Below, in pieces: positions 29,405 through 40,352 of a stretch of DNA of 64,000 nt (position 1 is the first letter of the stretch; each line of letters starts with the position of its first letter). The notes beneath the pieces are model-generated. The model was not told the DNA's origin, did no database searches, and was given only the letters and a program-made list of their open reading frames with translations. The DNA comes from Vulcanimicrobiota bacterium. GTDB lineage: Bacteria; Vulcanimicrobiota; Vulcanimicrobiia; Eremiobacterales; Eremiobacteraceae. Where the stretch lies: NCBI GenBank assembly GCA_963812135.1, contig CAWETU010000001.1:768001-832000 (forward strand), read 5' to 3'. Position numbers and translations under genes: made by a program.

Positions 29405-30559
29405 ATCAAGAACAGCAGCATCACCGTCAACCCCGGCCTCGAAGGCGTCGTCGTGGGCGCCACCGGCATCAGCAAAGTCGCGGGCGAGGAGGGCCGCCTC
29501 ACCTATCGCGGGTTTGACATCGCCGACCTTGCCGCGCACGCGACATTCGAAGAGGTCGCGTTTCTTTTGTGGGACGGCCGCCTGCCGAACCGCAAAGAGC
29601 TCGACGAAACGCGAGCCCAGATGGCGTCCAAGCGGGCCTTGCCCGGTCCCGTGCTGGACATGTTGCACGGCGTGCCGCGCGACGCGTGGCCGATGGACGT
29701 CTTGCGCACCGCGGTCTCCTCGTTATCGCTCCACGTGCCGCACAAACCAGACGGCACGCACGTGTCCGACGTCTCGACCGCGATGCATCTCACCGCGTCC
29801 ACCGCGACCGCCGTCGCAGCGTGGGACCGGTTGCGGCGCGGTCTGGAACCGGTCGCACCGCGCTCCGATCTCGCGCATGCAGCCAACTTCCTTTATATGA
29901 AGAACGGCGAGGTGCCGTCCGAGACGGCCGCTCGCGCGCTCGACGTCTATTTCGTGCTGCTCGCCGACCACGGGTTCAACGCGTCAACGTTCGCGGCGCG
30001 CGTCGCCGCGAGCACGTGGGCCGACATGTATGCCGCGTCGACCGCGGCAATCGCGACGCTCCAGGGCGATCTGCACGGCGGCGCGCCCGGCAAAGTCATG
30101 AAGATGATCCTCGACATCGGCGACCCTGCCAAGGCCGAGGCGTACGTGCGCGCGTTGCTCGAAAAGGGCGACCGCGTCATGGGGATCGGCCATCGCGAAT
30201 ACAAGGTGCGCGATCCGCGTGCCGAGCCGCTCGAGCGGATGGCGCGCGAACTGGGCGCCAACGTGGGCACGCCGCAATGGTACGCCGTCGCGCGTAAGCT
30301 CGAAGACGTCGCGGTCCAACAGCTTCACGAGAAAAAGCCCGGCCGCCGCCTGTATGCGAACGTCGAGTTCTACTCCGCGCCGACGCTCTATGCGCTCGGC
30401 ATCGATCCCGACGAATTCACGTGCATGTTCGCGTGCTCGCGCATGGCCGGCTGGACCGCTCACATCATGGAGCAGATGAAGGATAACCGGCTGATTCGGC
30501 CGCAGGTTGAATACACCGGATTGGTCGGCTTACCGTGGGTTTCGATCGATCGCCGCTAA
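29405..30559 (+). CDS. gltA: Citrate synthase / methylcitrate synthase (apparent ATC start)
   Basis: PGLEGV, LTYRG, ADHGFNASTF, LHGGA, MGIGHREYK, YANVEFY; AAGGAG SD precedes an in-frame ATC. Confidence 0.88.
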   Translation: MKNSSITVNPGLEGVVVGATGISKVAGEEGRLTYRGFDIADLAAHATFEEVAFLLWDGRLPNRKELDETRAQMASKRALPGPVLDMLHGVPRDAWPMDVLRTAVSSLSLHVPHKPDGTHVSDVSTAMHLTASTATAVAAWDRLRRGLEPVAPRSDLAHAANFLYMKNGEVPSETAARALDVYFVLLADHGFNASTFAARVAASTWADMYAASTAAIATLQGDLHGGAPGKVMKMILDIGDPAKAEAYVRALLEKGDRVMGIGHREYKVRDPRAEPLERMARELGANVGTPQWYAVARKLEDVAVQQLHEKKPGRRLYANVEFYSAPTLYALGIDPDEFTCMFACSRMAGWTAHIMEQMKDNRLIRPQVEYTGLVGLPWVSIDRR

Positions 30560-30566
30560 GAGAGGC

Positions 30567-31256
30567 ATGTTGTCAATGAAGACCCGTCTACTCGTTGCGG
30601 CCGCGTTTATCGCGGTCGGGTGCATCGCGCTTTCCGTCGTCGGCTGCTCCAAAGGGCAGCAGCAAACGTCGGGCCCAATAGCCTCGGCGCCTGCGCTCGC
30701 CAACACAACGGGCTTGCCGTTGCCGGACACCGCCGTCGTCATCGACGCGCGCCAATTCCACCAGACCATCGATCCGTCGCAAGAGAAGGGCACGGCGATG
30801 TCCTCGCTAGGCAAGGGAAACTATGACGGGAACGAGGTCGTCGCATCGAGCACGGCCAGCACCGACGATCTCAACAAGTGGCTCGCGACGGTGAACCCGC
30901 CCGCCGGCTACACGCGCGCGAACATTCCGGCGAATGTGTCGACGACGGCGCAGCGCTACGGCATCACATACGTCGTCTTCACCAGCGGCAACTCAAAAGG
31001 CTCGACCGTCATCGTGATGGACCCCAAGACGGTCTACGCCAAGCTCGGGCCGGTGCTCAAAGTGCTCGACAGCTACAGCTCGCTGCCGCCCCAGATGCGC
31101 GCGGGCATGGACAGTCAAGTCAAAGCGCGCACCGGACAATCGATCAGCGAGATGATGGACAAGAGCGCGCCGCTTGGCGCGGCGATCGCCGCCATCAACG
31201 AGTTCCGCAACTCCGACAAGCGCGCGATCATCTTGGTGACGGCTCAGAAGATCTAG
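30567..31256 (+). CDS. Lipoprotein, unknown function
   Basis: Hydrophobic signal ending in lipobox VVGC; alternative start ATG 30576. Confidence 0.75.
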   Translation: MLSMKTRLLVAAAFIAVGCIALSVVGCSKGQQQTSGPIASAPALANTTGLPLPDTAVVIDARQFHQTIDPSQEKGTAMSSLGKGNYDGNEVVASSTASTDDLNKWLATVNPPAGYTRANIPANVSTTAQRYGITYVVFTSGNSKGSTVIVMDPKTVYAKLGPVLKVLDSYSSLPPQMRAGMDSQVKARTGQSISEMMDKSAPLGAAIAAINEFRNSDKRAIILVTAQKI

Positions 31257-31277
31257 CGCTCCCAAGTAGACTCCTAC

Positions 31278-31312
31278 AGGCCCCGAGCGTTGTGCTCGGG
31301 GCCTCTTCGTTT
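31278..31312 (+). terminator. Intrinsic terminator
   Basis: AGGCCCCGAGC-GTTGT-GCTCGGGGCCT followed by CTTCGTTT. Confidence 0.75.
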
Positions 31313-31335
31313 GTGCGCAGGAGCGCAGTATCATA

Positions 31336-31371
31336 TTAAGGGAAACTTAAGAAGGGTTAACGAGTATTAAG
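31336..31371 (+). promoter_or_regulatory. Four helically phased TTAAG/C direct repeats (OmpR/PhoB-type box-like)
   Basis: TTAAG 31336, TTAAG 31347, TTAAC 31357, TTAAG 31367, directly before ATG 31375. Confidence 0.5.
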
Positions 31372-31374
31372 GCT

Positions 31375-31845
31375 ATGCGCGTGCCTGTTCTCCTCGGTCG
31401 CTTCATCGCATTGACGGCGCTCATCGCCGCTGCGGCTGTTGCGCCCTGCTCAGCCGCCGATCAGCGGCAAGCCACACCGCCGCCGTTGTTTCTCGCCGGC
31501 TTCGCACTTCCGAACGTCGTGTATTACGGCAACTGTGGAATCGTCCGGCCGACTGTGCTCACGTTTCGCAGCGATTTCACGTCCGACTACAGCCTGCGTG
31601 TCACCGCACGTTACGATTACGTGAGTGAGAATCCGCGGCTGCCCGAATCGACGACGTTGAGCGTGCAGTTGGCGCAGCTCACCACCGTCACGTACGGCGC
31701 AAGCGTCGACGTCGAATCGGAAGCCTTCGCATACCTGCGCGGCGGAAGCGGCACGTTGCGTTATCGAGTCACCGCGATCGACGCGCTGGCGACGCCGAGC
31801 GAAGGCATCACGGGAAGCGTCCGAGTCGAGTACTGCGGCGCCTAA
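31375..31845 (+). CDS. Secreted hypothetical protein
   Basis: Signal peptide; beta-rich mature domain with two Cys near its termini. Confidence 0.7.
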   Translation: MRVPVLLGRFIALTALIAAAAVAPCSAADQRQATPPPLFLAGFALPNVVYYGNCGIVRPTVLTFRSDFTSDYSLRVTARYDYVSENPRLPESTTLSVQLAQLTTVTYGASVDVESEAFAYLRGGSGTLRYRVTAIDALATPSEGITGSVRVEYCGA

Positions 31846-31963
31846 CCACGAACGTCACAGTGTAAAACTCGGGTGCGTTCAGCTACAAAACACCACTCCT
31901 AAACGGCCCATCGGGGGTTACCAGCGCCGTCAGGAACCAATCGTGTAAACGCAGAACCCTCAG

Positions 31964-32764
31964 GTGATGCAGGTACAAAGCCCGCCTAGGTTTCGGGACC
32001 GGCTTCTTGGCGCAGTTCTTCTGATTCTGGGACTCGTTGGTGCTTGGCAAATACTTGGATGGCTCTGGCACCTATTTTCTTCACCAGCGGCCTGGATCGC
32101 CGTAGCCGAATTCTGGCAGGAGCATATCGCGCCGAACGCAGCCACCTGGGTTCCGGCGGCGATCACAGCCTCGGCGACAACGGTTCTAGCTTTCGCAACC
32201 TGGGCACTCTTACGAATCGCCAGAGCGCAGGTATCGTCGGATGCGCCGTTCCTTTCGCTCGGCATAATAGACCCGCCGGCGCAGCCAGCCTTCCCACAGC
32301 TTGCACCCCATTTTGCGGCAGCACCGCAGATGTACGCACAGCCCTTCCCAACGGAAGACCTCGCGCACCCACAGCTAGCTCCATACATAGTTAACCAGGC
32401 GCCGAATTATGTTCAACTGGTCGTCTCCAATGATCAGCAGAAGCCGCACGGCGCGGCAGCTGATATCGCAATTGATATGACCTTGTGGTTTGGTGCAGCG
32501 GATACCGCACTCGCGCATCCGTACATGCTTAGGCGAACGGCACGTATCTCGGCTCTGCGAGCGAGCAGCAGCACCACTGGCCCAATTTTCAACATTGGCA
32601 GTTTGACCGGATATACCGTGATGATTAACGATATTTCATATAAGGATGTTCAAGGTCGTACACGTCGCTCAGCTGTTGGCACTAGCTTCTTCCGCAGATA
32701 CCAGTCTGGCGCGCAAGTACTGTTGACGAGGGTCTTCCAACCCGTGAGAGGGGAACTTGGTTAG
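31964..32764 (+). CDS. Hypothetical membrane-anchored protein (lower-GC islet)
   Basis: 266-aa ORF with two N-terminal hydrophobic segments; many A/T third positions. Confidence 0.55.
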   Translation: MMQVQSPPRFRDRLLGAVLLILGLVGAWQILGWLWHLFSSPAAWIAVAEFWQEHIAPNAATWVPAAITASATTVLAFATWALLRIARAQVSSDAPFLSLGIIDPPAQPAFPQLAPHFAAAPQMYAQPFPTEDLAHPQLAPYIVNQAPNYVQLVVSNDQQKPHGAAADIAIDMTLWFGAADTALAHPYMLRRTARISALRASSSTTGPIFNIGSLTGYTVMINDISYKDVQGRTRRSAVGTSFFRRYQSGAQVLLTRVFQPVRGELG

Positions 32765-32796
32765 CGCACGAATCGTGTAGCTAGAGGTGAATTGCT

Positions 32797-32991
32797 ATGC
32801 CATCTACGGTGGATTGGCCTGAGGCCGCCGAGAAACTGAACCCCAAGGTAGACGACTCGATTGGATCCGAGTCGCGCGTAGAGTTCGTGCCTCCGCCATC
32901 GTTCCTCGGGTGGATTGTTTTCATTCTTCTTGCCCCATTTGCAACGTATTCTCGTCCGAAGCCTGATCAACCCGGGGAAGAAGCGGCCTAA
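32797..32991 (+). CDS. Small hypothetical protein with one hydrophobic segment
   Basis: GAGGTG SD upstream of ATG; 64 aa. Confidence 0.35.
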   Translation: MPSTVDWPEAAEKLNPKVDDSIGSESRVEFVPPPSFLGWIVFILLAPFATYSRPKPDQPGEEAA

Positions 32992-33229
32992 CTCGATTCC
33001 ATCGAGCTGACCAAGGCCTCCAAAATCGGATATAGTTACAACTGGGCTTCGGCTGACAGCCGCGATTTCTGTTTGTGCGTGCAATGGGTTTCGCGGGTGC
33101 CGCTTACTTTTATGGTAGTTCCAAAAGGCAATGTGGCCCGGACCATCCATTAGTCGCAATCGAATCCGCTTTTCTTTTCCGACTGGCAAGCAGTTAGCTC
33201 AAGGTTCCACAAACGGCGCCACGAGGCAG

Positions 33230-34619
33230 CTACTGGACGAGCGTGGGCCAGCGCTCCAAGTCGCTGATGAGGTCGTCGACGATCGATTCGTGCTCCGGCT
33301 TCATCAGCACGCATCGCACGACTGAGCAATCCTGTGCATCCCAATCGACTGATGGTAGCGCGGCGCGGCCAAACGCGCCACCAATGCGCCACTTCGCGAC
33401 GTAGAATGGCCGGCGTGCGTCGCGCATCAGGGCGACGAACAGCGCTTCGGTGCGAGCCGAGATCGCCGTGACGGCGACTCGTTCGTCCGGTCGGCACGGC
33501 GCGAACGTCACGATATCGAGTTCGGGCTCGACCACCGGCAGCAATGCACCACCGCGGCGCGCTCGCTCGATCGCCGCGAGCGCAGCGCGTCTGCACGCGA
33601 GCAAGATCGGTCCGAGTCCTTCCGATGGACGCAGCGGCAGCGCGCGCAGCGTCGTCCACAACGCCGCCGCGGCGGCTCCGGCGCGCGAGCACTCAAGGCT
33701 GATCTCACCCAAGTGCAACTCCGCCGATGTGAAGTAGGTGTACGGCGAGTCGTGCTTGTACAACGCGCCGACGCTCGGATCGGCGAACAGCACACAGCCG
33801 CAGCCATACGGCTGAAGCCCATGTTTATGGGGATCGACCACGATCGAATCACAGCGCCGGAAGCGCGGCCCAAGTCTGCGGCCGCATTCGCGCTTCCGGG
33901 AGATCGGCGATCAACGCATAGAAACCGCCATAGGCGGCGTCAGCGTGCACGCGCCAACCGCGCTCGCGCGCGAGAGCGGTGATCTCGTCAAGCGGATCGA
34001 TCGCCCCGGCAGCAGTGGTTCCGGGAGTCGCCACGATCGTTCCGATGTTCGCGTCACTCTTCAAGGCGCGCAGCGCGGCCACATCGAGTCTGCCGCGCGC
34101 GTCGACCGGCAGCACGACCGTTTCGACGCCGAGCACTTCGCACATGCGCGCGTGCGTGTAATGCGCTTCGCTGGAAAATGCGATGCGCTTGCCTGGATGA
34201 AGCCGCGACGCTACCCATAGCGCTTCAAGATTCGCGATGGTGCCCGAACTCGTCAGATGGCCGAGCGCGCCGTCATCGTATCCGAAGAGTTGCGCGATCT
34301 GCGCGACGCACTCCCGTTCCAGCGCAGCGGTGGCCGGTCCGCCGTCGAGCGCGTGATTGTTGGGATTGATGCGAGCTGCGGTAAGATATGCCGCGAGCGC
34401 CACGGGATGCGGCGGCTTGAGCATCTGCCCGGCGTAGTCAGGATGGAAGAAGGGATAGTTGTCGCGCAGTCGCTCGACGAGCGCGTCTATCGCAGCCTCG
34501 GCAGTTGCAGCATCGACATCGGAAACCGCAGCCGTCTCAAAGGGACGCCAGTTACGCTCCCATGCCGCAACGCCGTCCAAACCGCGAGCGATCAGGCCAC
34601 GGAATTGAGACTCGTCCAT
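33230..34619 (-). CDS. Group II PLP-dependent decarboxylase, one +1 frameshift at ~33859 (probably sequencing error)
   Basis: YAGQMLKPPHP, SSGTIANLEAL, HADAAYGG, then in the shifted frame DSIVVDPHK (PLP Lys), ECSRAG. Confidence 0.88.
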
Positions 34620-34634
34620 ATGGGCGACCTCTGA

Positions 34635-37600
34635 TCAGAGTTCGGTGACGGTCGAGAACAGGTCGTCGAGGTCTTCGCGCGTCAAGCTCTTGGCGAACGC
34701 GGCGTCGCTTGAAATCACCGAATCGGCTAGCGCTTGTTTGCGCTGCTGCAACGCTTGGATCTTCTGCTCGACCGATCCGATCGTGACGAGCCGGTACGCG
34801 GTGACCGGTTTGGTCTGGCCGATGCGGTGCGTGCGATCGATGGCTTGGCGTTCGATCGCCGGATTCCACCACGGGTCGTACAGCACGACGTAGTCGGCTT
34901 CGGTCACGGTCAATCCCACGCCGCCCGCCTTGAGGCTCATGAGGAAGATCGGCGGACCGTCTTCGCGCTTGAAGTCCTCGAGCACTTTGGCGCGGTTCTT
35001 GGTCGTGCCGTCAAGATACGAATATGTGCGGCCGCGCGCATCGAACGCCTCGCGGATGATGCCGAGCATCTCGGTGAACGACGAGAACACAAGCACGCGA
35101 TGGCCCGACTCGACGATCGACTCGGCGAGTTCCATAAACGCCGAGAACTTGCCCGACGCGTCTTCGTCTTCGCGCCAGTGTTCGCCGACCAGACCCGGAT
35201 GGTTGCAGATCTGGCGCAGCTTGGTGAGCGCGGCGAGGATCGAGAGCTGCGCGCGCCCGATGCCGTGCTCGTCGACTTCGCGCATGATCTCGCGCCGCGC
35301 GCGCAGGACGACTTCCTTATACGCTTTGCGCTGCGACTGCGTCATCTCGCACTCGATGGTCTGCTCGGTGCGCGACGGCAAGTCGGCGGCGACCTGTGTC
35401 TTGAGACGCCGGATCATAAAGGGCTGGACGCGCTTGGCGAGACGCTGCTGCTTCTCGACGTCGCCGTCGCGCATGATGGGCGTTTCAAACGTCGCGCGGA
35501 AATGGCTCTCGTTGCCCAGCAGGCCCGGCATGACGAAGTCCATGATCGACCATAGATCGAGCACGGAGTTTTCGATCGGCGTGCCGGTGAGCGCGAGGCG
35601 CTGCTCGGAGACGAGCGACTTGATGACCTGCGAGATCTTGGCTTGCGGATTCTTGATCTGCTGCGCTTCGTCCAGCACGACCGTCCGGAACTGGATCTTC
35701 GACAAGCTCTCCGCGTCGCGGCGCGCCAGCGCGTAGGAGGTCACGAGCAGATCGTACTTGTCGGCGCTGTTGTAGACGTCTTCACGCCCGGCGCCGGCGG
35801 ACAGCAACGAGACTTTCAATTCGGGCGTGAAGCGTGCGACCTCGCCGACCCACGTGTGCGTGACGGACGTCGGGCAGACGATCAGGCTTGGCGCGCTGCC
35901 GCGGCGTTGGCGCTCGCGCTCGAGATAGGAGAGCACTTGCAGCGTCTTGCCGAGGCCCATGTCGTCGGCCAGGATGCCGCCGAAGGCGTAGCGTCCGAGA
36001 TACGCGAGAAAATCAAGACCGCGGCGTTGATATGGACGCAAGATCTTCGCGAGATGCTTGGGCGGCTCGCATTCTTCGATGCCGGAGAAGCCGCGCACCG
36101 CTTCGCGCAACGCGCGCAACTGCTCGGGGAGTTCGGCGTCGCCGCATGCCTTGGCGAGATCGTCGTAGACCGAAAGCATCTGCGCGGCCGTGAGCCTCGT
36201 CTTGCCGCCACGCTCGAGGCCGCCGCCGAATCCGCCGGTCGCTTCGCGCAGCAGCGCGAACGACGAGAGGTCGATGAACTGCCCGTCGGAGAGCCGGTGA
36301 TATCGGCCGGCGCTTTGCCACAGCGCTTTGATGTCGTCGGCGGTGAGCTTTTGTCCGTCGAGCAGCAGTTCGACCGAGATCTCCAACCAGTCGATCGGGC
36401 CGAAGAGATTTGCCGCGCCCTTCGCGCCTTTGACTTTGGTCGCCGGCTTCTCATCGCTGTCGACGGTGACCGAGACCTGCAGCACCTTCGGGCCTTGCAC
36501 GAGAGACTTGACGGTCTCGTCCATGTCGAGCTGATAATCCGCGCGCCATCCCGGCAAGATCTCGGTGCCAAATTGATACGCGGCGTCGGTCGGCTCGACG
36601 CGCCAGCCGGTCTCGTCGTAGCGCGGCACCGTTTCGTCGGGTCGCAGCGCGGCGAGTTGTTCATACACGTCAGCGGCTGGCCGGCAGCCGGCCGCCTCGA
36701 TACGCGCGCGCAATCGTTGTGCCAGCTCGGGCGTGCAATACGCGTAGCGCGCTTCGACGCCTTTCTTGCCGCTGTCCACGCGTTGGAGCGGATTGAAATC
36801 CTGCGGCGTCACGCGCCAGTTCGCGCCGCTGCGCGCATCTTCGATCGACGCCTCGACGGTGATGCCATCGCCCTGCCAGTACAACTTGAGCAGCGTCTGC
36901 AGCGACATCTCGTCCGCCAACACCATGAGCGACGAGGCCGTGTCGCGGTCGAGGAAACCATGAGCGCGCGCCAAGAACAGCGGCACTTCGTTCGCGGCGA
37001 TCGGCACGCTGCCGCTCGCCAGCCGCTCGACGATGCGCAGGCTGAAGCTGCCGTCGTGCAGATAGAACGTGCCACCGTCGTACAACCACGCGGGCGTTCC
37101 GTCGATCGGGCGCACCGCAGAGACGTCGACCGTCGTGCCGTCGGGCCGCACGAAGACGCCGGAGAGCACCAGGTCGCCGTGCTCGTCGCGCGTGCCGGAG
37201 AGGCGCAGATGCAACGGCGCGAGCGCGATCTTGACGAGCGGCATGGCTTCAGGGTGAGCGCCGAGGTGGTCGTCGTAGCGCACGCGGGGATGGGAGATCA
37301 GCCGCAAGAGCAGCTGCGAGAAATTGTTGGTCAGCGCTTTGGTCTGCTCGCTCGTCGCGCGCGCGAGCGCATAGTCGGCGGGCGTGCCGAACATCGAGCC
37401 CAACGACGCGTCGGCGAGCAGCGCGCTATCGTGACGATCCCACTCTTCGCCGGTGAGGTTCGCTTGCCGCGTCGTGCGGTAGAGCTGCTGAAGATCGGCA
37501 TGCGTGCGCGCGACGCCATGCAGCTTCGGCGCATCGAGGCACAGCCGCGCGTAGAAGACGCCGAGGCGATCGTCGAACCCGACCACGACCCAGAGGCGCC

Positions 37601-38168
37601 GGCGCGGGGCCACGCTTTCGTGGTGCGGCGTGAGCAGGTCGAGCAGCTCGGGCGGCGTCGGAGCGACGGCGACCGGCGAGCCGTTGCGTGGCTGCTCGCC
37701 GTTGGCGGTGGCTTTGCCGTTGCCAACGGTGTGGCCGTTGCCCGCGGCAGGCGAGGCCGCCGGCGGAGTCGCGGGCGCTTCGGTGTCGCGCGTCGAGAGC
37801 TCGATCAAGGTGTACAGCGCTGCGACCGCGTGCTTGCAATCGTAGCCGTATCGGCACGTGCAATTGCACCGCATCCCCAAGGGAAGGCGCGACGAGTCGC
37901 GGGTGAGCGTGGTGGTGTGGGTCTCGGTGTCTGCGACGGTGCCGACGATGTCGTTGCGCCGTAGATTCAGACTGCGGACTTTGCTGCGCTGGAATGCGGC
38001 GAGCCCTTGCGCGATGATCGTCTTGGGAAACGTGCCTTCGATCGCCGCTTGCGTCGGAATGCTTGCTTGCCAGGCCCCCAGCGGCGCGCCGCCTCGTTCG
38101 GGCGCGACGCCCTCTTCGAAACGCAACATGACAGGTTGTGCGGACTTGCTCGCCGCGCGGACAGCCAT
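34635..38168 (-). CDS. SWIM zinc finger + SNF2 family helicase
   Basis: CNCTC...CKH (SWIM), LRPYQ, ILADDMGLGKT, LDEAQ, LTGTPIEN, DPWWNPA, DRTHRIGQ. Confidence 0.93.
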   Translation of the reverse strand: MAVRAASKSAQPVMLRFEEGVAPERGGAPLGAWQASIPTQAAIEGTFPKTIIAQGLAAFQRSKVRSLNLRRNDIVGTVADTETHTTTLTRDSSRLPLGMRCNCTCRYGYDCKHAVAALYTLIELSTRDTEAPATPPAASPAAGNGHTVGNGKATANGEQPRNGSPVAVAPTPPELLDLLTPHHESVAPRRRLWVVVGFDDRLGVFYARLCLDAPKLHGVARTHADLQQLYRTTRQANLTGEEWDRHDSALLADASLGSMFGTPADYALARATSEQTKALTNNFSQLLLRLISHPRVRYDDHLGAHPEAMPLVKIALAPLHLRLSGTRDEHGDLVLSGVFVRPDGTTVDVSAVRPIDGTPAWLYDGGTFYLHDGSFSLRIVERLASGSVPIAANEVPLFLARAHGFLDRDTASSLMVLADEMSLQTLLKLYWQGDGITVEASIEDARSGANWRVTPQDFNPLQRVDSGKKGVEARYAYCTPELAQRLRARIEAAGCRPAADVYEQLAALRPDETVPRYDETGWRVEPTDAAYQFGTEILPGWRADYQLDMDETVKSLVQGPKVLQVSVTVDSDEKPATKVKGAKGAANLFGPIDWLEISVELLLDGQKLTADDIKALWQSAGRYHRLSDGQFIDLSSFALLREATGGFGGGLERGGKTRLTAAQMLSVYDDLAKACGDAELPEQLRALREAVRGFSGIEECEPPKHLAKILRPYQRRGLDFLAYLGRYAFGGILADDMGLGKTLQVLSYLERERQRRGSAPSLIVCPTSVTHTWVGEVARFTPELKVSLLSAGAGREDVYNSADKYDLLVTSYALARRDAESLSKIQFRTVVLDEAQQIKNPQAKISQVIKSLVSEQRLALTGTPIENSVLDLWSIMDFVMPGLLGNESHFRATFETPIMRDGDVEKQQRLAKRVQPFMIRRLKTQVAADLPSRTEQTIECEMTQSQRKAYKEVVLRARREIMREVDEHGIGRAQLSILAALTKLRQICNHPGLVGEHWREDEDASGKFSAFMELAESIVESGHRVLVFSSFTEMLGIIREAFDARGRTYSYLDGTTKNRAKVLEDFKREDGPPIFLMSLKAGGVGLTVTEADYVVLYDPWWNPAIERQAIDRTHRIGQTKPVTAYRLVTIGSVEQKIQALQQRKQALADSVISSDAAFAKSLTREDLDDLFSTVTEL

Positions 38169-38296
38169 ACTTGTTTCGTATTCGCCAAGACGGGCCCAGG
38201 CCTCCCGCCTAGGACGCCGCCATCATTTGACCGAATCGGCTCTCAGCGTCGAACATATCGCTTCGTGTCATTCGTCTTTGATGGAGGATTTGCACC

Positions 38297-39200
38297 ATGG
38301 AGCGCCGATTGCGGTTTCTTTCCTTCGCATTGTATGCTGGCTTCGCGGCACTCGTCGTTGCCGCGCTTCCGCTGTTCGGCGCGACTGCGCCGCCAGACGC
38401 AGCTCCAGTACACTAGGACGTCGAAGGCGTCGATGCCGGGCCCGATGAGCATGTTCGTCCATCCCAAAGCGACCAGCGAGACGACGACGATCGGGCCGAC
38501 CCGCATGCGCACCGACGACGGCAGCAACAACACGAGTCAAATCATCCAATGCGACATGAAGCGCATCATAAGTGTCGACAACAACGCGAAGACGTACTGG
38601 TCGATGACCTTCGATCAGATGAAAGCCGCGATGGCGGCCGCTCAGGCGCAAATGCAGGCGCAGATGAAGGGCCGGACGCCGCCGCCGGCTCCATCGGGTC
38701 CCGCCCAGCCTCCGGTCGAAGGGTCGGGCGGCCTGACGCTCAGCGTCAACACCGTCAACGATCCGAACACGCGCCAGTTCTTCGGCATGACCGCACACCA
38801 CGTCACCGAGACGATCAGCGGCACCGCGAATGGGACCGGCCAATGTCCGAGCGGAACGCTGACCATGACCAACGACGAATGGTACATCGCGAACCCGGTC
38901 ACGTTCTCGTGCCCGGTCCCCCGTATGCAGGCGCCGCCACCGCCGCCGATGCAGCAAGGCGGTCCGAAGGGGTCGAACCCGTGCATGTCGAGTTTCCAAT
39001 TCCAAGCGAGCGGCAAAGCGCATACCACGGATCGCTTCGCGTTTATTCAAGACACCACGATCAACCTCGGTATCAAGATCGCCACACACGAAGAAGTGAC
39101 GAAGTACGAAACGCAGCCGTACGATCCGTCGTTCTTCAACCCACCCGCGGGCTACAGCCAAGTCTCGCCGCCCTCGGACTTCTCGGGCGGGGCGCACTAA
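38297..39200 (+). CDS. Secreted hypothetical protein (DUF4412-like), +1 frameshift at ~38401
   Basis: GGAGG SD and ATG 38297 encode signal peptide MERRLRFLSFALYAGFAALVVAALPLFG; the mature domain continues in the +1 frame and ends DPSFFNPPAGY. Confidence 0.7.
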
Positions 39201-39233
39201 GCCGACAGGATTGCGCGCGGGGCGCACCGGAAA

Positions 39234-40323
39234 GTGCGTCCCGTGCAACCGCTCTCGATACCAGGTCTCTTCACGTGGTCGGTGTGGCAACCCGACCGCA
39301 ACGTGTTCTTCAACTCGTACTTCATCGGGCGCGATGACGGCAATATCGTCGTCGACCCGCTCGCGTGGACCCCGCAGGACGAAGCAGAGATGCGCGAGCG
39401 CGGCGGCGTGGCGTGGATCATCATCACCAATCGCGATCACGAGCGCCGCTCGCGCGACCTCGCGGCGCTTTTCGCGGCGAAGATCGCAGCGAGCGAGCGC
39501 GATGCACCGTTGCTCTCGGGTCCAGTCGATCGCATCCTGCGTGAGGGCGATAAAGTGTTCCCCGGCATCGCGATCATCGAGCTCGAGGGTCTGAAGTCGC
39601 CGGGCGAGATCGCGCTGCACCTGCTCCGGCACAAAACCACGATCGTCGGCGACAGCTTGTGGGGCGATCCAGCCGGGCGCGTCCGCTTGCTCCCCGACGA
39701 GAAACTGCTCGATCCAAAAAAAGCGGTGCTCTCGCTGCGCAAGTTGTGGGCGCTGCAGCTTGACGCGCTGCTCGTCGGCGACGGCGCCTGCATCTTCCAC
39801 GGCGCCGACGCGGTGATCGGCGAGTATCTGCAGTCGCGCACCGACGTCTATGTCAACCGCATCAACATCGACGAAGCGCCGGCGGAGACGTCCGACGATA
39901 CGAGCGCAAAAGGGGTGCGCTTCGCCGCCGACGACAAAGAGATCGGGCTGCTACATCGGCGCGCGCAAGCTCGGCTATCGCGTGTCGACGTTGCCTCCCG
40001 GGTCAAGCTTTTGTCCGATGCATTCGCACGCCCGCGAGGAGGAGATGTTCTTCGTGCTGGACGGCACGCCGACGATCCGCACCCCGCGGGGCGACGTCGC
40101 GTGCCGGCGCGGCGACTTCATCTGTTTCCCGATCGGCGTGGCAGGCACGCATCAATTGGCAAACGCGTCCGATGCGCCGTGCACCGTGCTGCTCGTCGGC
40201 AACTACGAGCCTACCGACGAGGTCTGCCGCTATCCGGATTCAGGGAAAGTGATGATCGACTCGGTCGACGGTAGTGTCATTTTGCGCGACGCGCCGGCGC
40301 TCGAGTACTTCGACGGCGAGTAG
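39234..40323 (+). CDS. MBL-fold hydrolase fused to cupin domain, +1 frameshift at ~39950
   Basis: FNSY, VDP, ITNRDHER, KSPGE, LVGDG; cupin part CPMHSHAREEEMFFVLDG...HQLAN in the next frame. Confidence 0.8.
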
Positions 40324-40325
40324 TC

Positions 40326-40352
40326 CGGTCGAATAAATTTGACCGCTACATC
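40326..40352. repeat. GTAG-type REP-like palindrome, copy 2 (inverted)
   Basis: CGGTCGAATAAATTTGACCGCTACATC between convergent stops. Confidence 0.75.

Noticed and set aside
31850..31895. Possible IS terminal repeat at the left edge of the low-GC islet
   Set aside because: No matching right end, target duplication or transposase could be found.
34635..38168. SWIM-SNF2 helicase as part of a defence system
   Set aside because: Common stand-alone chromosomal family; no methylase, nuclease or other defence neighbours.
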